Of a DNA stretch of 64,000 nucleotides, positions 8,796 to 22,946 are shown piece after piece (position 1 is the stretch's first letter; every line of letters starts with the position of its first letter). The stretch covers positions 33,645-97,644 of the forward strand of contig QPMI01000693.1 in the NCBI GenBank assembly GCA_004431415.1. The letters are read 5' to 3'. The translations under genes were made by a program, and so were the position numbers. The stretch comes from Cyanophora paradoxa CCMP329 (Eukaryota; Plantae; Glaucophyta). The notes below the pieces were generated by a model. The model saw only the letters and a list, made by a program, of their open reading frames with translations. It did no database searches and was not told the DNA's origin.

Positions 8796-11286
8796 ATGCA
8801 GGCGGCGACCTTCCGCTCTTGCGCGAGGCAGCAGCAGCCCGGCGAGCAGGACAGCATAGCCCGCGATCTCGGCAGCCTATCGGCGGAGGAGGCGCTCAAC
8901 GCGATGACCTACGATAGCGTGTTCAACTCGGCCGGCGTGCCGCGCTTCGAGCCGTTCGGCGGGCTGAAGAAGATCCAGAACACGGACGGCCGCCCGAAGC
9001 GCTTGAAGACCAAGGGCCAGTTCACGCCGGTGAATAAGTTCAACGAGGTTCGCGGTTTCGCCCGCACCGCTTCGGCCCCGGCTCACATGCCCGGCTCGCG
9101 TGCCCCGCGCGCAGATCGTGCCTTTCAGCATTCACGAGCTGCCGGAGTATGTGAAGGCGAAGTACGGCTTCACGCACGGCGATGTGGCGCTGTTGCTGAT
9201 GTCCGACAATACGGCGGCGGCTGCTTCAACAGCATCGCGCTCCATCGCGATTTCCATCCGCGCGCGATCTTCTCCGGCACTCCGGAGCAGAAGGAGTTCC
9301 TCGCGGACCTCAAATCCGGCAGCGGCGGCGCCCACGGGTGAGGGCCCTTCCCTGCGCTCGCGTGCCCGCGCTTGCTCACGCGCGGGCCGCCGCAGCTCTT
9401 GATCGCGCGGGATCAGTGCCTGGCGTCGGTGACGGAGAAGGAGAAGGCCAGCCCGTCCGGCCTCGGCGTTCGGTGCGATTACGTCATCGTCACCAAGCGC
9501 ATCAACCCGACGTACGCCAAGAAGTACGACCTCAACTTCGTCTACGTGAAGGAGGGCCGCCGGCCTCGCAGTACACCGTCACCGTCCAGGCCGCATCTGC
9601 GCCGGTGAGACCATCCAAGGCGCGTACCACGGCGTCGGCACGCTCCCGTCCGGCGGCTTCTTCGACGTCGTTGATCACATGTTCCTCTCCTGCGCCGATG
9701 ACATTTACGTGCGCGAGAGCCCGCCCTTTCCCCTTTCCCCTGCCCCTGCGCGCGCTAAGGTCGCGTCCGCAGGTCGGAGAGAACCCGAGCGCGGAGAGCC
9801 CGCTGGGCTACGCGTACTGGCTGGTCAGCGTGCAGAAGGTGCTCTCCTGCGCGGCCCTTCGGAAGTACGCCAGCGTCTGCGACTCCGGCATGCGCCCCAG
9901 CTCCAGCTTCTCGTGGATCAGGGCCGGAGCGACGAGACCCGCCAGCGCCACCGCGATCTCGCGCGGGCGGCCGTGCTGAAGCTGGAGGAGGTTCTGCGCG
10001 AGGGCCACCCAAACGGGCCGGCCCGCGCCCGTGAGATCCTCTCGGCGGCCATCTCCGTGATCGTCGGCGAGCTCTCGCACACGGTCCGCCGCCGCCCCGC
10101 TTAGCCCGCCTCTCCTCCCTGACCCCGGGCCCTCGGAGCGCAGGAGGAGTCGGACGTTCTCACGGCGCGGGCGGACGAGTTCCAGCGCCAGGCGGAGAAG
10201 ATCAAGTGCTGGTACGAGAAGGTGAAGAAGGCGGAGGAGACGGACCTGCGCGACTGGGGCAGCAAGAGCGGCGACGCCGAATTCGACCGCGACAAGCTCA
10301 AGCGCGTCTTCTACTGGATGCGCATCTGCGCCAAGCTGGAGGCGCTGATGGACGAGTGGCACATCGAGGGCGTCCGTCTGGCGAAGGCGATGATCGCCAT
10401 GGAGTGGGGCCACGGCCACCCGGCGCGCAAGGAGTGCAGCATGCTGGCCAAGGAGATCGGCCGCCGGGGCCGCTACATCAAGGAGGTGGCCTACGGCATC
10501 GAATGTGCGTCCGCCCCGCCCTTGGCCTGCGCCCCCGCCCTTGGCCTGCGCCCCGCGCTCTCCCCGCTCACCCCCTCTCCCGCAGTTACCATCCCGCTCG
10601 TCCAATTCTTCCAGCGCGAGTTTGTGCTGATCCAGGCCTCCATCATCAAGATCGGGTCGCTCCCCTACGACGAGATTGACGAGACAAGGGACGAGGGCCA
10701 GGCGGAGGCGGAGGCGCGCTGGGGCGATGCGGCGTTCAGCGCCGTCTGGGGCGTCGGGGACAACGCGCTCTCGCCCCCCGCCCCGTTCGGCTTCAGCGGG
10801 CGGCCCGCGCTGGCGTTCGACGAGCACGGCCTCCCCGAGCTGGCGGAGGCGGACGCCGTCGGCTTCAACTGGGCGACGTTCGAGGCCCGCATCGACGAGA
10901 AGGCGAAGGAGGCGCAGATGCGGCTGCTGGAGGAGGGCCTCGTCCCGGCGCCGGTGCCCGCGCCCTTCCCCCTTCCTCTCCTCCTCGGCCCCTCTCACCG
11001 CCTCCTCCAGCCCCCGGCGTCCTCGGCTCCGGCGTCCTTGGCTCCGGCGCCCTCGGCCCCGGCCCTCTGCCCCACCTACGGAGAGAGGTGTGCCCACCGC
11101 GCCGATTGCGCCCTCAACGGCTCCCACCTCCTGCCCGCCAAGAAGGCCCGCCTCGGCCTCTTCTCACCCCACCCTCTCAGCCCGGTGAGTGACTCTGAAT
11201 CCTCGGAGGGCTCGGAGGCCTATAGCACGCCCCGCGACCCCGACGCCCCGCCCCACAAGGCCGGCGCCTTCGGCTTCTGTGAGTGA
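8796..11286 (+). CDS. GC-rich spliced hypothetical gene(s); exon structure uncertain
   Basis: Protein-like segments in changing frames are separated by short GT..CAG introns. No recognisable domain. Confidence 0.4.
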
Positions 11287-12076
11287 CGCCCCGCGCAGGC
11301 CCTCTCGGCGCCGCCCGTCGCCAACCGCACCGCCTTCGTCCAGGTGAGTGCCAGGGCTGCCGCGAGTGGCGGCTCGAGAACTTCTCGGCTCAGGTCCCCG
11401 CCACGCAGCAGGCCCGCGCGATCCCGGCCTCGCCGCCCGTCGTCCCCGTCGCCGTCGCCGTGGAGGGCGGCGTCTTCGAGATGGAGCTGGAGCCGGCGCC
11501 CTCGCAGGCCTCGCTCGCCTCGGCGCGCTCGGCGGCCCTCGCCACGCAGGGCTCGCCGCCCGGGCTCGCCGCCGCCGTCGCAGGCCTCGGCCGTCGCCAA
11601 CTCGCCGTACGATGACATGCCGCCGGTGCTCAGCCCGAGGACGACTTCCCGGGCCACTGAACGACACTGAGACGGTGAGCGCAGGCCCGCCCCGCCCTCC
11701 GGCCCCTCTCCGAGCAAATGGTCCACAACGCCATAGTGGACGCCATGTGGGATAACAGGGGCCGCCTCCCCCACCCATTCCGCTACGTCTCTATGGCCCT
11801 CCGCGGCCTCGCCTTCCCGCCCCCCTGCACCGAGCAGCTCAACCAAATCCTGCGCGGTCTGATTCATTACAGACTCGCCTACCCGGCCTGGGCCTGAGCT
11901 ACACCAAGCTACGGTGAGTCCGACCAAGAGACGTGTCCGGACCCTCCCTACTTTCTTTATAGATTATTGGAAAGGTCCGGACACTAGAGGAGGGAGGGCG
12001 TACATAAGTAGTCTGACCAAGAGACGTGTCCCGACCCTTCCAGATCTTTAAATTAATATCTGAGAGGGTCGAGACA

Positions 12077-12731
12077 CTAGAGGAGGGCGTACAACTTAAA
12101 CTCGCGCAGCGCCGCCTGCTCCTCGCTGAGGTTCTCTGACTTCATTCGATCGCTGTAGGGCTCGGGCGGCGTGCCCTCCTTGACGTGCATCCAAAATAGA
12201 TGTAAGCACTTCCTCATGAGCTCGATGTACCTCTCGTCGCGCCTGACGTACCACGTTTGCACGCGCAGAGGAGTGAAGCAAAAAAGTTCGGCCCACTCGC
12301 GGCCCGTGATGTCCAAAAGTCCCTGTAATTGAGTCATGTAATAAGTAGGAACTTTATCGTACAGTTCGCCCTTGTACGGGCATTTCACCTCTAAAATTCT
12401 ATCATTTCCTATAAGTCCGTCGGGACTACCGGCGAGGAACGGCATTTCTTTATGTTCGTGCAGTCCAGTATGTTTAATGTCCACGTTATTGTTCAACGTT
12501 TTGTAGAGAGAGACCGCGAAGGGCTCATAGTCATGCCCATAGGTTAGGGCAGGGTTGTCAAAGTTGTTTTCCTCCGCTATCCCGCTTAGCTCCGCCCAGA
12601 GGCGGGCCCTGGATTTCCAGGGTTTATGCCGCACGCAGCCGCAAAGTTCGAGGCAGTTAGCTTTTCGCGGCGCGCCGCGTGCCACGCCGCGCTCCCTGTT
12701 GCAAAGTCTCGCAATCTGTATCGGTATGCAT
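12077..12731 (-). CDS. YqaJ-like nuclease, second copy (N-terminal 1-bp indels, probably sequencing errors)
   Basis: Matches 366-1022 except homopolymer deletions near 12620 and 12695. Confidence 0.8.
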
Positions 12732-13670
12732 AGCTTAGCCTCGCAGTAGCGTTTAGAATTTCTTGATGTGTGCAATTGCAAATGTCTGATAATCAGACTA
12801 CCCTCCCACCGCTATCGGGTACATCCGAGATTACACTAAGCAGGTAAACGGGCTGATCGGCTGGGTGAAAGAAGAGATCCCCAATACAATGCGAGACGGC
12901 GGCATGGCTGCGACGTATTTGCGCGATGTGGCACGCCGAGGCCTCGAGTCCAGGGTAGACATCCGAACGTATGAGCCGCCGGTGACACATAGAGAAAGCC
13001 CGCGTTTTACCCTCGGCTTAGTTAAATTAAATTTTGTTAATAATTTACCTATATTTCTTTTATATTTTACGATAATTTAAGTGAAATTTATCTTTATTGT
13101 TGTCTTTTATGTGTGTATTTCGTATATATTACTATTAAATTGTTACTGAAATTTTTCTTAATTGTAATTCCGATGCAATTCACTCGAATCTATCGTAATC
13201 ATTTTAATCTGAGGTGGATCTTTAACTAATCTAAATTATATCTCGCCTCAGTTTAAAACGCGGGCTTTCTCTATGTGTGATATTACGCATTATCGTGTAT
13301 AATTATATGAAAAATATGAATATGCATTTTAACTTTAAATATTTGTAAATTATGTATTAATTTATATTGATAATATGTGTGAATTTATAATGGAGTTCCA
13401 TGGAAAAATAATAAAATGTTCCGTGGGATTAAATGCGATGATAATATTAATTTGATATGGTGCGTTTTCTTACGTAAAACAGCTATAAGTCGTCAGACAA
13501 GCTGCCTCGGCTGCGCCTGTGCTGTATGGAATGTGGGGAAATATTAAATATGAACATGTTGAGATTGTATGAATGATATAATGTTTTTGTTATAGGTTCT
13601 AAGTGTAAATGGTGCATTTATTCATTTGAAGGAGACCACCACCCATTTAATTGGAAATTTAAATATTAAC

Positions 13671-14345
13671 ACTGAGTTGCATTATGTCCAATTAAACAGT
13701 TGATATAATGGGATTCTGTTTTTTACCGTTATAAAATTGTATCTGATGTGCATTATGTCCTTTTAAACAATCATTGAGATTGCTGTGTATTTTGTTGGAA
13801 TACATGATTACTGCATTATGTCCAATTAAACAATTGATAAAATGGGATTCTGTTTTTTACTGTGATAAAATTGTGTCTGATGTGCATTATGTCCAATTAA
13901 ACAATCGTTGAGATATCGGATGAAAATAATTCACTCGTTACTGCATTATGTCCGATTAAACAATTGATGGAATATCGGATGAAAATAATTCACTCGTTAC
14001 TGCATTATGTCCAATTAAACAATCGATGAAATATCGGATGAAAATAATTCACTCGTTACTGCATTATGTCGAATTAAACAATTGATGGAATATGGGATGA
14101 AAATAATTCACTCGTTACTGCATTATGTCTAATTAAACAATTGATAAAATGGGATTCTGTTTTTTACCGTTATAAAATTGTGTCTGTGGTGTATTATGTC
14201 CAATTAAACATTTGAAGAGATTGACGAGATAAAAATAATAAAAAGTGTCACTGAGTTGCATTATGTCCAATTAAACAATTGATAAAATGGGATTCTGTTT
14301 TTTACCGTTACAAAATTGTATCTGATGTGCATTTTGTCGAATTGC
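13671..14345 (+). repeat. Sub-terminal tandem array, left arm
   Basis: Copy of 1965-2637. Confidence 0.88.
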
Positions 14346-17211
14346 TTGTATTAAACTGTTTTGCTCTTCTATGTATTCGATCTTAATTTAATGTGAAGGT
14401 TACGTTAATGTTTAAAAGTTACATGGAGTTACGTGATGGGTTACGTAGAGATTTTACGATTACTAAGACCATTCTCAGTGTTAAAATGGTTGATTTATCG
14501 TTATTTTGTCACTGTGAGTTACGGTTACGCAACTTTTTGAATTCTTTCTGAAAATTTGGCTGGGGTCTTTTTATAGGTGAAGGTCTAAAACTTGCGTAAC
14601 CACGTAACTTGCGTAACCTCTACGACATTATGGTGTCATTTCTCTATTATTTAGGTTACGTAACGTTTTTACTTACGTAACTTGTGTAACCTTAACGTAA
14701 CCTTGTTATTCTTACATTTAATCATTGTTATACTATGATATCATGATAACTAAAAATGATATATGATAATTGCTTATCTTTAACCACGTAGAGATGTTAG
14801 ATGATCACAATCGAACATCTTAAAGATCTTGCATATCTCATTTTCAGGATCGGTGACATACCATAGACGGTGTCGCTTATCAAATAAAGCGCCTTGGTTT
14901 TTAATGTATTTACGTAATGATGCCTGGGTAAATATACGTTTAGCTTCTATTTCAGGTAGTTTAGTTTTAATGTCACCAACGAAATATAGACGTTTCGGGC
15001 GATTATGATAATCAGGATCGATAACAGTGGGTTTATTGTAGGAAAGTGTTTTAAGATTCTATGAAACTTGTGTGAAACAAACCAATACCCTGTGTCATCA
15101 TCGAATTTAACGCCACAATCTTTGATATCAAATATTGATCTGAAACAAGTATTACGGAGGTTGCTTATATCCAATAAGAAAGCGCCGTAGTAATGGTGCG
15201 GCTCGTTTGTGGTGTTTCCGAAATAAATGAATTGATCCATTTGTAATCAGATGTTAAAAAGATTGTCAATTTTTCATAAATCCTTCTCTGTAAAGTTTTG
15301 GTTAAACAATTGGAAAGTTGCGGTTACACAACGGTTACACGGCGGTTACACTTGGTTACGCGGGTTACAGGTGAGGTTACGTAGTGATTTTTCGATAAAC
15401 CATACCATTTTCAGTGTGGTAATCGATAAAAATAACCATTTAGATACAGGGAGGTTACGGTTACGCAACTTTTTGAATTCTTTTTAAAAAAATGGCGGGG
15501 GGTCTTTTTATAGGTGGAGGTCTAAAACTTGCGTAACCGCGTAACTTGCGTAACCTGACGAGATTTATGGTGTCTTTTTGGTATTTTTAAGGTTACGTAA
15601 CGTTTTTTCTTACGTAACCTGTGTAACCTTAACGTAACCTTATTATAACATCTAAAATTCATCTGTTATCAAACGGTAGCGGTGTGATACATTTGATCGT
15701 GTTATGAGAAGCGATAGGATCCACTTGTGAAGCGATGAAAAATGAAGCAAATCTTAAAACTTAAACAATAAGTGAGATACAGCGGAATATACAATATGAA
15801 CGCGTTCGATATCCTGACCTACATTAAGAGTATTACCATATTCCCGTTCTCATCGATGCTGAGCTATCTTTAAAGAAGGCAAACCCTAACACTATCTGTA
15901 TTGTGCCGTATGATACTAAATATCGTGCGTATTTCGAAATGTTTCGTAAAAACTCGGGATATTCACCTAATACCCGTTTCGTCTGCTTTCTCACATTAGA
16001 GACTCACTATATTCTTGTTCCGGTTCTAACTGAAACATCGTGTAAATCGTTTATCTCTAAGATCATCTCTAAATGGTCTGCTAACCTTCCTACTGAATCT
16101 AATGAAACTAAGGAGTGCGTCATATGTCTCGATGATTGTAAAAGTAAAATACAAATGTCTTGTTTGACATGTTTCGCCAAAATGTGCAACACATGCTATT
16201 TACAGTTGAAGAGATCAGAGAGCTTTAAATGTCCGATCTGTCGTAATGACATAAAGACGCAACGTGATTAATGTAAAAATTGATGGAAGATAAAAGTTTT
16301 TCCGCTCTGACATGAAAGAGAAAATGAATAATGGACATTGGGTGACTTTGGCGACATTGCATAATAAGAAGATTGAGCTTATCCATCGGGAGATTGACCT
16401 TAAACACACAAAAAGACAAGACCATGAAAGACTACAAAATGTTAAACAGTATATTGATGCAATCGATGTAATGATAGATGTAGTGAATACAATCGCTAAA
16501 ATTAAGACCATGTGAATTTCATCGATGTTTTTTATTACTTCTGTGTGCGTTTTTCAAGCTTCTGTCTCAATCTGAATGTAATAACGCTACCATCATGTCG
16601 TGCCTTCCCCCTTTGAATCGCTTTCGATATTTCCCTGGGTGTGTTCTCATCGAAATCAATGAATCGGGAAACCTTCTTTTTAAACTCTCTCTGTAAATAT
16701 CCGGGTAGTTGGTTGATATTACACCCATCGTTTTTCTTAACAAGATTCTCGTAAATAATGCTACTGCGGTCATCCTGTGATAAATCGGGATTTTGAAGCT
16801 GTTCTATGAAAGCGTCGGGAATCCGTGAAGTCATTGTAGGTTACACTGTCTATTTTGGCGGGTTGTCATTTTTTGCATCGGTTACATAGAGGTTACAAGA
16901 AGTTACAGATGAGTTACGCAACAGGCTACGTAGATATTTCACAATTGCAAGACGACTTTCAGTGTTATAATACAGGAGATTTAGTATTTTTAACACTGGC
17001 GGTTACGGTTACGCAACTTTTTGAATTCTTTTTAAAAAATGGCGGGGGGGTCTTTCTCAGATAAAATAGTGAAAACTTGCGTAACCGCGTAACTTGCGTA
17101 ACCTCTACGACATTATGGTGTCATTTCTCTATTATTTTGGGTTACGTAACGTTTTTATCTACGTAACTTGTGTAACCTTAACGTAACCTTATTATTTAAC
17201 ATTCATCTTTC

Positions 17212-17748
17212 TTATTCATTTGCATATAACTTAGGCTCTAATGCTTCCATTCCGTCAAAAAATAGCTTAGTTCTACAAACTGAACACTTAGCATTCTCAT
17301 GTGATTCAAGTGAAGAGAGGAAACACTTAGGACAAACTAGTGTATTGCAAACGATACAGCCTTTATTACTTACATTGGTGTCAATGTTTTCAAGACAGAT
17401 AGGACATGTTTCATTCGGACTCTCAAAGTTTTCCCTCGCGAATGATTTAATAATGATTTCTACAAACCATTTGGTGTTCTCGTCATCAAGATATGGGACT
17501 AACATGTAACGATGTTTATATGATAATGCAAAACGAATAGGTTGAAGGGCATGATATCCCGCCTTTTCTTTCCATGCATCAAATACCCCTTTATTCTTGC
17601 GGTTCTGTTGAATAAAGTATATAATCTGTCTTTCGTTGGCTTTCATTAAGAATTTCGTATAATTCTTATCATTCAGTTTATCTGATGCATTGACTACGGG
17701 ATATGGCGAAATCGATTCTATAAGTTTCAATATATCGTTTAAATTCAT
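17212..17748 (-). CDS. RING-finger protein 2, left arm (right-arm copy 30352-30887 frameshifted)
   Basis: Same translation as 5509-6045. Confidence 0.8.
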   Translation of the reverse strand: MNLNDILKLIESISPYPVVNASDKLNDKNYTKFLMKANERQIIYFIQQNRKNKGVFDAWKEKAGYHALQPIRFALSYKHRYMLVPYLDDENTKWFVEIIIKSFARENFESPNETCPICLENIDTNVSNKGCIVCNTLVCPKCFLSSLESHENAKCSVCRTKLFFDGMEALEPKLYANE

Positions 17749-18936
17749 TGGGTTGTGCTACTATCTGTTACAGTTTCTTTAATTAACTTAGAGTTTCTCA
17801 ATGTCGAACACTCTTTTAAGAACGCCATCAATTCTTACAGCATGTGATTTAATCCCGAAAATGCGCTTAATCACGATTCCGATGGCTGTTTTTGAAATCG
17901 GAAAGTCTATAAGCTCTTCTATTTCAGCATGGATTACATCGGAAGGTGTATAATCACCGTCATTACTTAACCTGTAACTATGCATTAAATACGCTTCCAC
18001 ATGGGACATCTCATGTTGATATTCGCCCATCTCATGTTGATATTTGCCCATCCATGTTGATATTCGCCCATCTCATGTTGATATTTGCCCATCTCATGTT
18101 GATATTCGCCCATTTCCATTTCATCCGTTACAATTTCAATGTATTCGATGCCTTCCATGTTACACTTTACTGTTACAGATTGAAAATTTTGTTACAAGTT
18201 TTACGGTTGATGTCCAAAAATTGACGCTGTAAAACACAGAAAGGTATTTAAGGGTTTGACTTAAAAGAGAAGTGAAAGGGATATTATCTAACTCTTATAT
18301 AGAGGAATAATGGCGAATACTCGGAAATCAAACCAAGAGCTTTTCGCTATTCAGAATGGGGAACCTGTCCCACCGGTTGAAAGGAATATAAAGAAGGAAA
18401 AAACAGGATTGACTGAGGAAGAACGGGAAGAAAAGGCAAGAATAAGAAGGGCAAAAGATGCGGAGAGGAAGCGTGTAAAGTATCAGGAGATGAAACAACA
18501 AAGAATCGCAAATGGTGAGAAAACAGTTAATCCACCGGAGAGATTGGAAAAGATGGCTTTGTATATTCAGCGGCGATATGCGGAGGATGAAAAATTTAGG
18601 AATAGAAGGAAAGAGATAACGCGGAACTACCAAGAACGGAAACGCCTCGAAAAGGCTTCTAAGGTAACTGAGCAAGAGACGGCAAAGAAAGGGGACGACC
18701 TCGTAAATACAATACTTGTAATCCGATGCATCATCGGAAAAAATCGTAGCGAATTGATTGGTAGGAGGTGAAAAAATGACGCTTTACTTTCTCTTTTTTA
18801 TAACCTAAGCCAAATCATTAAAGTGCCGTGGGCAACCGAAAAGCATTTAAGGACTTGCTGAGAAGATAAGGTAAAAAGGAATTCATCAATTCCTCGGATT
18901 ATTTTCTTTGAGAAAGTTAAGAACCAATCGCTGAAA

Positions 18937-21815
18937 ATGAACGCTAACACGAAAATCGCAACTCCCTGTGAGAGACTCGGTAACCTGTGCAAATTTACAC
19001 CTGAGAAACATAATTGGGGGTCATTTCTCCATTGTCTCACTCCGAATACTGACAGCGAGACTGTCATAGAGTATTTCGACCATCAGATTACGGAAAGGAT
19101 TAATGATGATTTGAAGAAAGGAAAAAACCGACCTACGCCGAATGCATTCAGCCAAACGAAATTACCCGTGTCTATCTGGATTATGACGGCTATGTGGATC
19201 TTAAACCGGATGTTGCCGATAACTACAAGGAAGCCGATGAATTCATCCGTGAGATGCGCAACAGACTACACGAACTCACCGGTGCTACCATTGCTGTTTC
19301 AGTGCGTCATCGTCCTGTCCATTTCGTTAAGGAAGATGTGACCCAATTTAAGGTATCGGGGCATTTCGTCTTTACCGATCTGTGCTGTCGTCATGAAGAC
19401 ATCCCGAAATTCTTAAATGTAATCGGACTAACGCCAAAGGTGGATTATGACCCACTCGTTTATAAGACAAGGCAGGCGCTTGTTTGTCTGGGTAGTTGCA
19501 AGGGTAAATGGTTGGATTCCCAAAACAAGACTAAACGCGATGTTGATAAGGATGTAGTATTTACCAAATTCGTGGATTGTGAAACCATGTATGACAGCGA
19601 CTTTTTCGCGCAATTCACGGATTGCCCCACTGTGCTTATCGATGAATCAAACATGTATATGTTTGATGCTAACCTAACCCAAGATGAGAAAAACGAACGG
19701 TCGGCAAAGGCGGAAGTTGCAAAAGAGCAAATGAAGGAGGAAGGCAAGACTGAAACCAAGAAGGAGACGACCAAGAAGGAGACGACCAAGAAGGAGACCA
19801 CAACAAAGAAGAAGGAGACGGCGACGACAAGCAAAAAAACAACAAAGAAAACGGAGAGTGAAGAGCAGCCGGAGGAGTCTAATAACGTTTCATTTGAGAA
19901 ACTGAGAGAAGTCGTGATGGGTCTTAGTGCTGAAAGATCGGATACATACGAAGGTTGGCTTAATGTTGGTTTCGCAATCGCGAATGTTGGAGAGGAAAAC
20001 AATATACCACCCACGAAACAGGAGGCGCTGTTTCACGAATACTCCGAGAAAAGCCCTAAGTATGATTATGATGAATGCGCGAACAAATGGATGAGTATCC
20101 GCAAAGGCAAAAAATCCGGTTCCGAAAACAAAACTATAACTTTCGGCTCACTTGTGCATTATCTGAGAGAGGATAACCCGGACACGTATTATGGACTGTT
20201 TAAACCAAGCCGACAGTTTGCATTTATCGATGAGGAGGTGTGTATGGATGAGAATGACTATTCCGATGTTAGCGCCATGAATGATAAGATGGCTCAAATC
20301 AAATTAGAAATGGATAAGACGCTATTAAGTCAAGGTCTCCCACTTCCTGTTAGCAAGATCTGTAAAGCATTAATTGGCTACAAAGTGCGGTTTTCACGTG
20401 GTCTGTGGTTGATCCTGAATGAGAAAACCGGATTTTGGAAGGTAGATAATAAGTATGATGGTGGTATGATAACTCTTATCGGTGAGGTTGTCGGGAAAGC
20501 ATACTTAGACCGGAGAACCATTGGGCTACCAAGGCGGCAAAGGCGGAGGAACAGAGCGATAAAAAGGAATTCGCAGTAAAGGCAGCCGCCTGTGCAAAAA
20601 TTGCGCAAAAACTTAACTGTGGAGGTTACACGAAAGGACTTCTTACATATCTCTCTCATGACCTTTACGATGAGACATTTGCCGATAGGTTGGATTCAGT
20701 CGCGAATGTTGTTGGCTTTGACGATGGCGTTTATGATCTTAACACGTTTGAGTTCCGTAATGGTCGTTCTTCTGATATGATGACTAAGACAGTCTGTTAT
20801 AACTATGATATTCCGGTGGATCCTGAGAAGGTCAAACGACTCAATGACTTCTACATGGATATCACAGGTGACAATGTCGAACTTGCAAGATACATTAAGG
20901 CTGTTTATGCCAAGTCTCTAACGGGTAAAAATAACATGCAGTTTTTCTATATGTTTACGGGTATCGGCTCGAACGGAAAGAGCGTAATCGAAAATTTCAT
21001 GCATAAGACATTTGGCGACTACTCACGAAATATGAGCATTGGGATTTTCACGAAGGAGGATAAAGGTAATGGAATGATTCCGGAACTTGCGAATAAGCAA
21101 GGTGTTAGGCTCGTCCATACAAACGAACCAAACACGGGTAGCAAACTGTTGTCGGGACAAATCAAGAATTTCACAGGTTGTGATGAGATCACAGTAAGAA
21201 CCCTTTTCAGAGAACCCATTTCATTCGTTCCGATGTTTGTTATCGTCATCCTCTGTAATAATAACCTCGAATTTGATCAGCCCGACAATGCAGTAGCGCG
21301 CCGCTTCCGTTCTGTTCCATTTCAGCAGGTCTATGCCGTCGAACCTAAGCCCGGACAGAAGAAAGCGGATAAAGACCTTACCGGTTGTTGAATCCCGATA
21401 ATGACGTAAATGGTGAATGGCGCAGGGCAAACATGGAGATTCTCATAGACATGCTTAAAAACCATGATGTTAATCATATAATCGACCATCCGCCAAATGC
21501 ATCCTCGAACATTCCGCTAATTATCTCGCGGACAGCGACCGTATCGGCACATTCCTAAGGGACAACTACGCTTTGGCGGAGGATAACACGAAATACATAA
21601 TATGTGACGATCTGTTTAAGGATTGCTCAAATACGATGAGAGATGTTGATAGAAGAGCAGCGATAACAGGACGAGCTGTAAGCAATAAGGTGATGGAGGT
21701 GTTTAAGATCGGCTCGACTGTAAAAAAGGTTGGTGGAAAATCGAAGCGTGTTTATCTCGGTCTCACAAAGAACCGCGCTAACGATTTTGAAGACGATGAC
21801 GAAGATGTGGAATAA
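18937..21815 (+). CDS. AEP primase-PriCT2-D5N-SF3 helicase (D5-like), ~960 aa, split by four 1-bp deletions
   Basis: DxD (YLDYD), SxH, PriCT-2 (YEGWLNVGFAI...KYDYDEC..KW...ITFGSL), D5_N (GFDDGVYDL), Walker A GIGSNGKS, LVHTNEP, ILCNN. Confidence 0.9.
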
Positions 21816-21887
21816 AACTTATTGGAAAATATACTATTGATATCTTTTTTATGATCATGAACCGTAAGACTCGGTTCTTAATAGAAG

Positions 21888-22198
21888 GTTACTTTAAGGT
21901 TACTCGGAGTTACTCGGAGTTACTCAGAGAGGTTACGTAGCGGTTCCGTTAATTTGTTACCATTTTCAGTATTGATATACCGAATTTCTCTTTATTTCAC
22001 AGCTGTGAGTTACGGTTACGCAACTTTTTGAATTCTTTCTGAAAATTTGGAGGGGGGTCTTTTTATAGGTGAAGGTCTAAAACTTGCGTAACCGCGTAAC
22101 TTGCGTAACCTCTACGACATTATGGTGTCATTTCTCTATTATTTTGGGTTACGTAACGTTTCTCCTTGCGTAACTTGTGTAACCTTAACGTAACCTTC
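21888..22198 (+). repeat. Iteron module 4, candidate replication origin directly downstream of the primase-helicase (mirror ~25902-26212)
   Basis: Same core, about 70 bp after the helicase stop. The origin function is inferred. Confidence 0.8.
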
Positions 22199-22628
22199 TT
22201 ATTAATACATAGATATCACATGTTCTCTCTTGTTATCATTTGTTGGCGTTATAGAATGTAGGTAAGACATCGGAAAAAGTGAAAAAATGACATCTTAACT
22301 ACATATAAGGTTGTTGTGATATATTCATTTGATAATTAAGATGGCTTGCAAACTCCCGAACGCATCGACATGGGTGAATATCTCATTAAAGACCTTCCGG
22401 AAGAGTTAAAACCACTTGCACGCAAGATGGACTTAAAAGGAATACGAGAATACTATGAGAGAACCTACCCTGATTTATACAAGAAAAAACAGCGTGTCGA
22501 ACCATCGGAATGCATCACTGTTAAGGTTCCAAAAGGCGTAAAGGTCAGAATTCAGAGAATCTAACACGCTGAATAATATAAAAACAATTTTAACACATGA
22601 TTAATAGAAACAAAAAGAAACATTTAAA

Positions 22629-22946
22629 ATGAAGATCTTCTACGCTATCAGAGAGCATGACGCCCTTCTTTTTTATACGCGATTCTTTGAGAATCCGGAA
22701 AACAGATGTATGGATAAATTCGAAGACTTTTGTAAAGAGTTTACCCAAATCGCTTATGGTAACACTGAAATACGAAAACCATCAAGGAAGCAAAAATTAA
22801 AAGACCTTTTTCAAAACATGCTTTTGTCATTTGATGCTGATAATAGAAATACTGAATATCATAATACAGTCACGGGATCTGTTAGGGAACGTCTCCAAGA
22901 GAAATTAGCAAAACGAAGAATATCACAATGTGTAACCTCTTGTTAA
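22629..22946 (+). CDS. Hypothetical protein, 105 aa
   Basis: Intact in both arms. Confidence 0.6.
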   Translation: MKIFYAIREHDALLFYTRFFENPENRCMDKFEDFCKEFTQIAYGNTEIRKPSRKQKLKDLFQNMLLSFDADNRNTEYHNTVTGSVRERLQEKLAKRRISQCVTSC

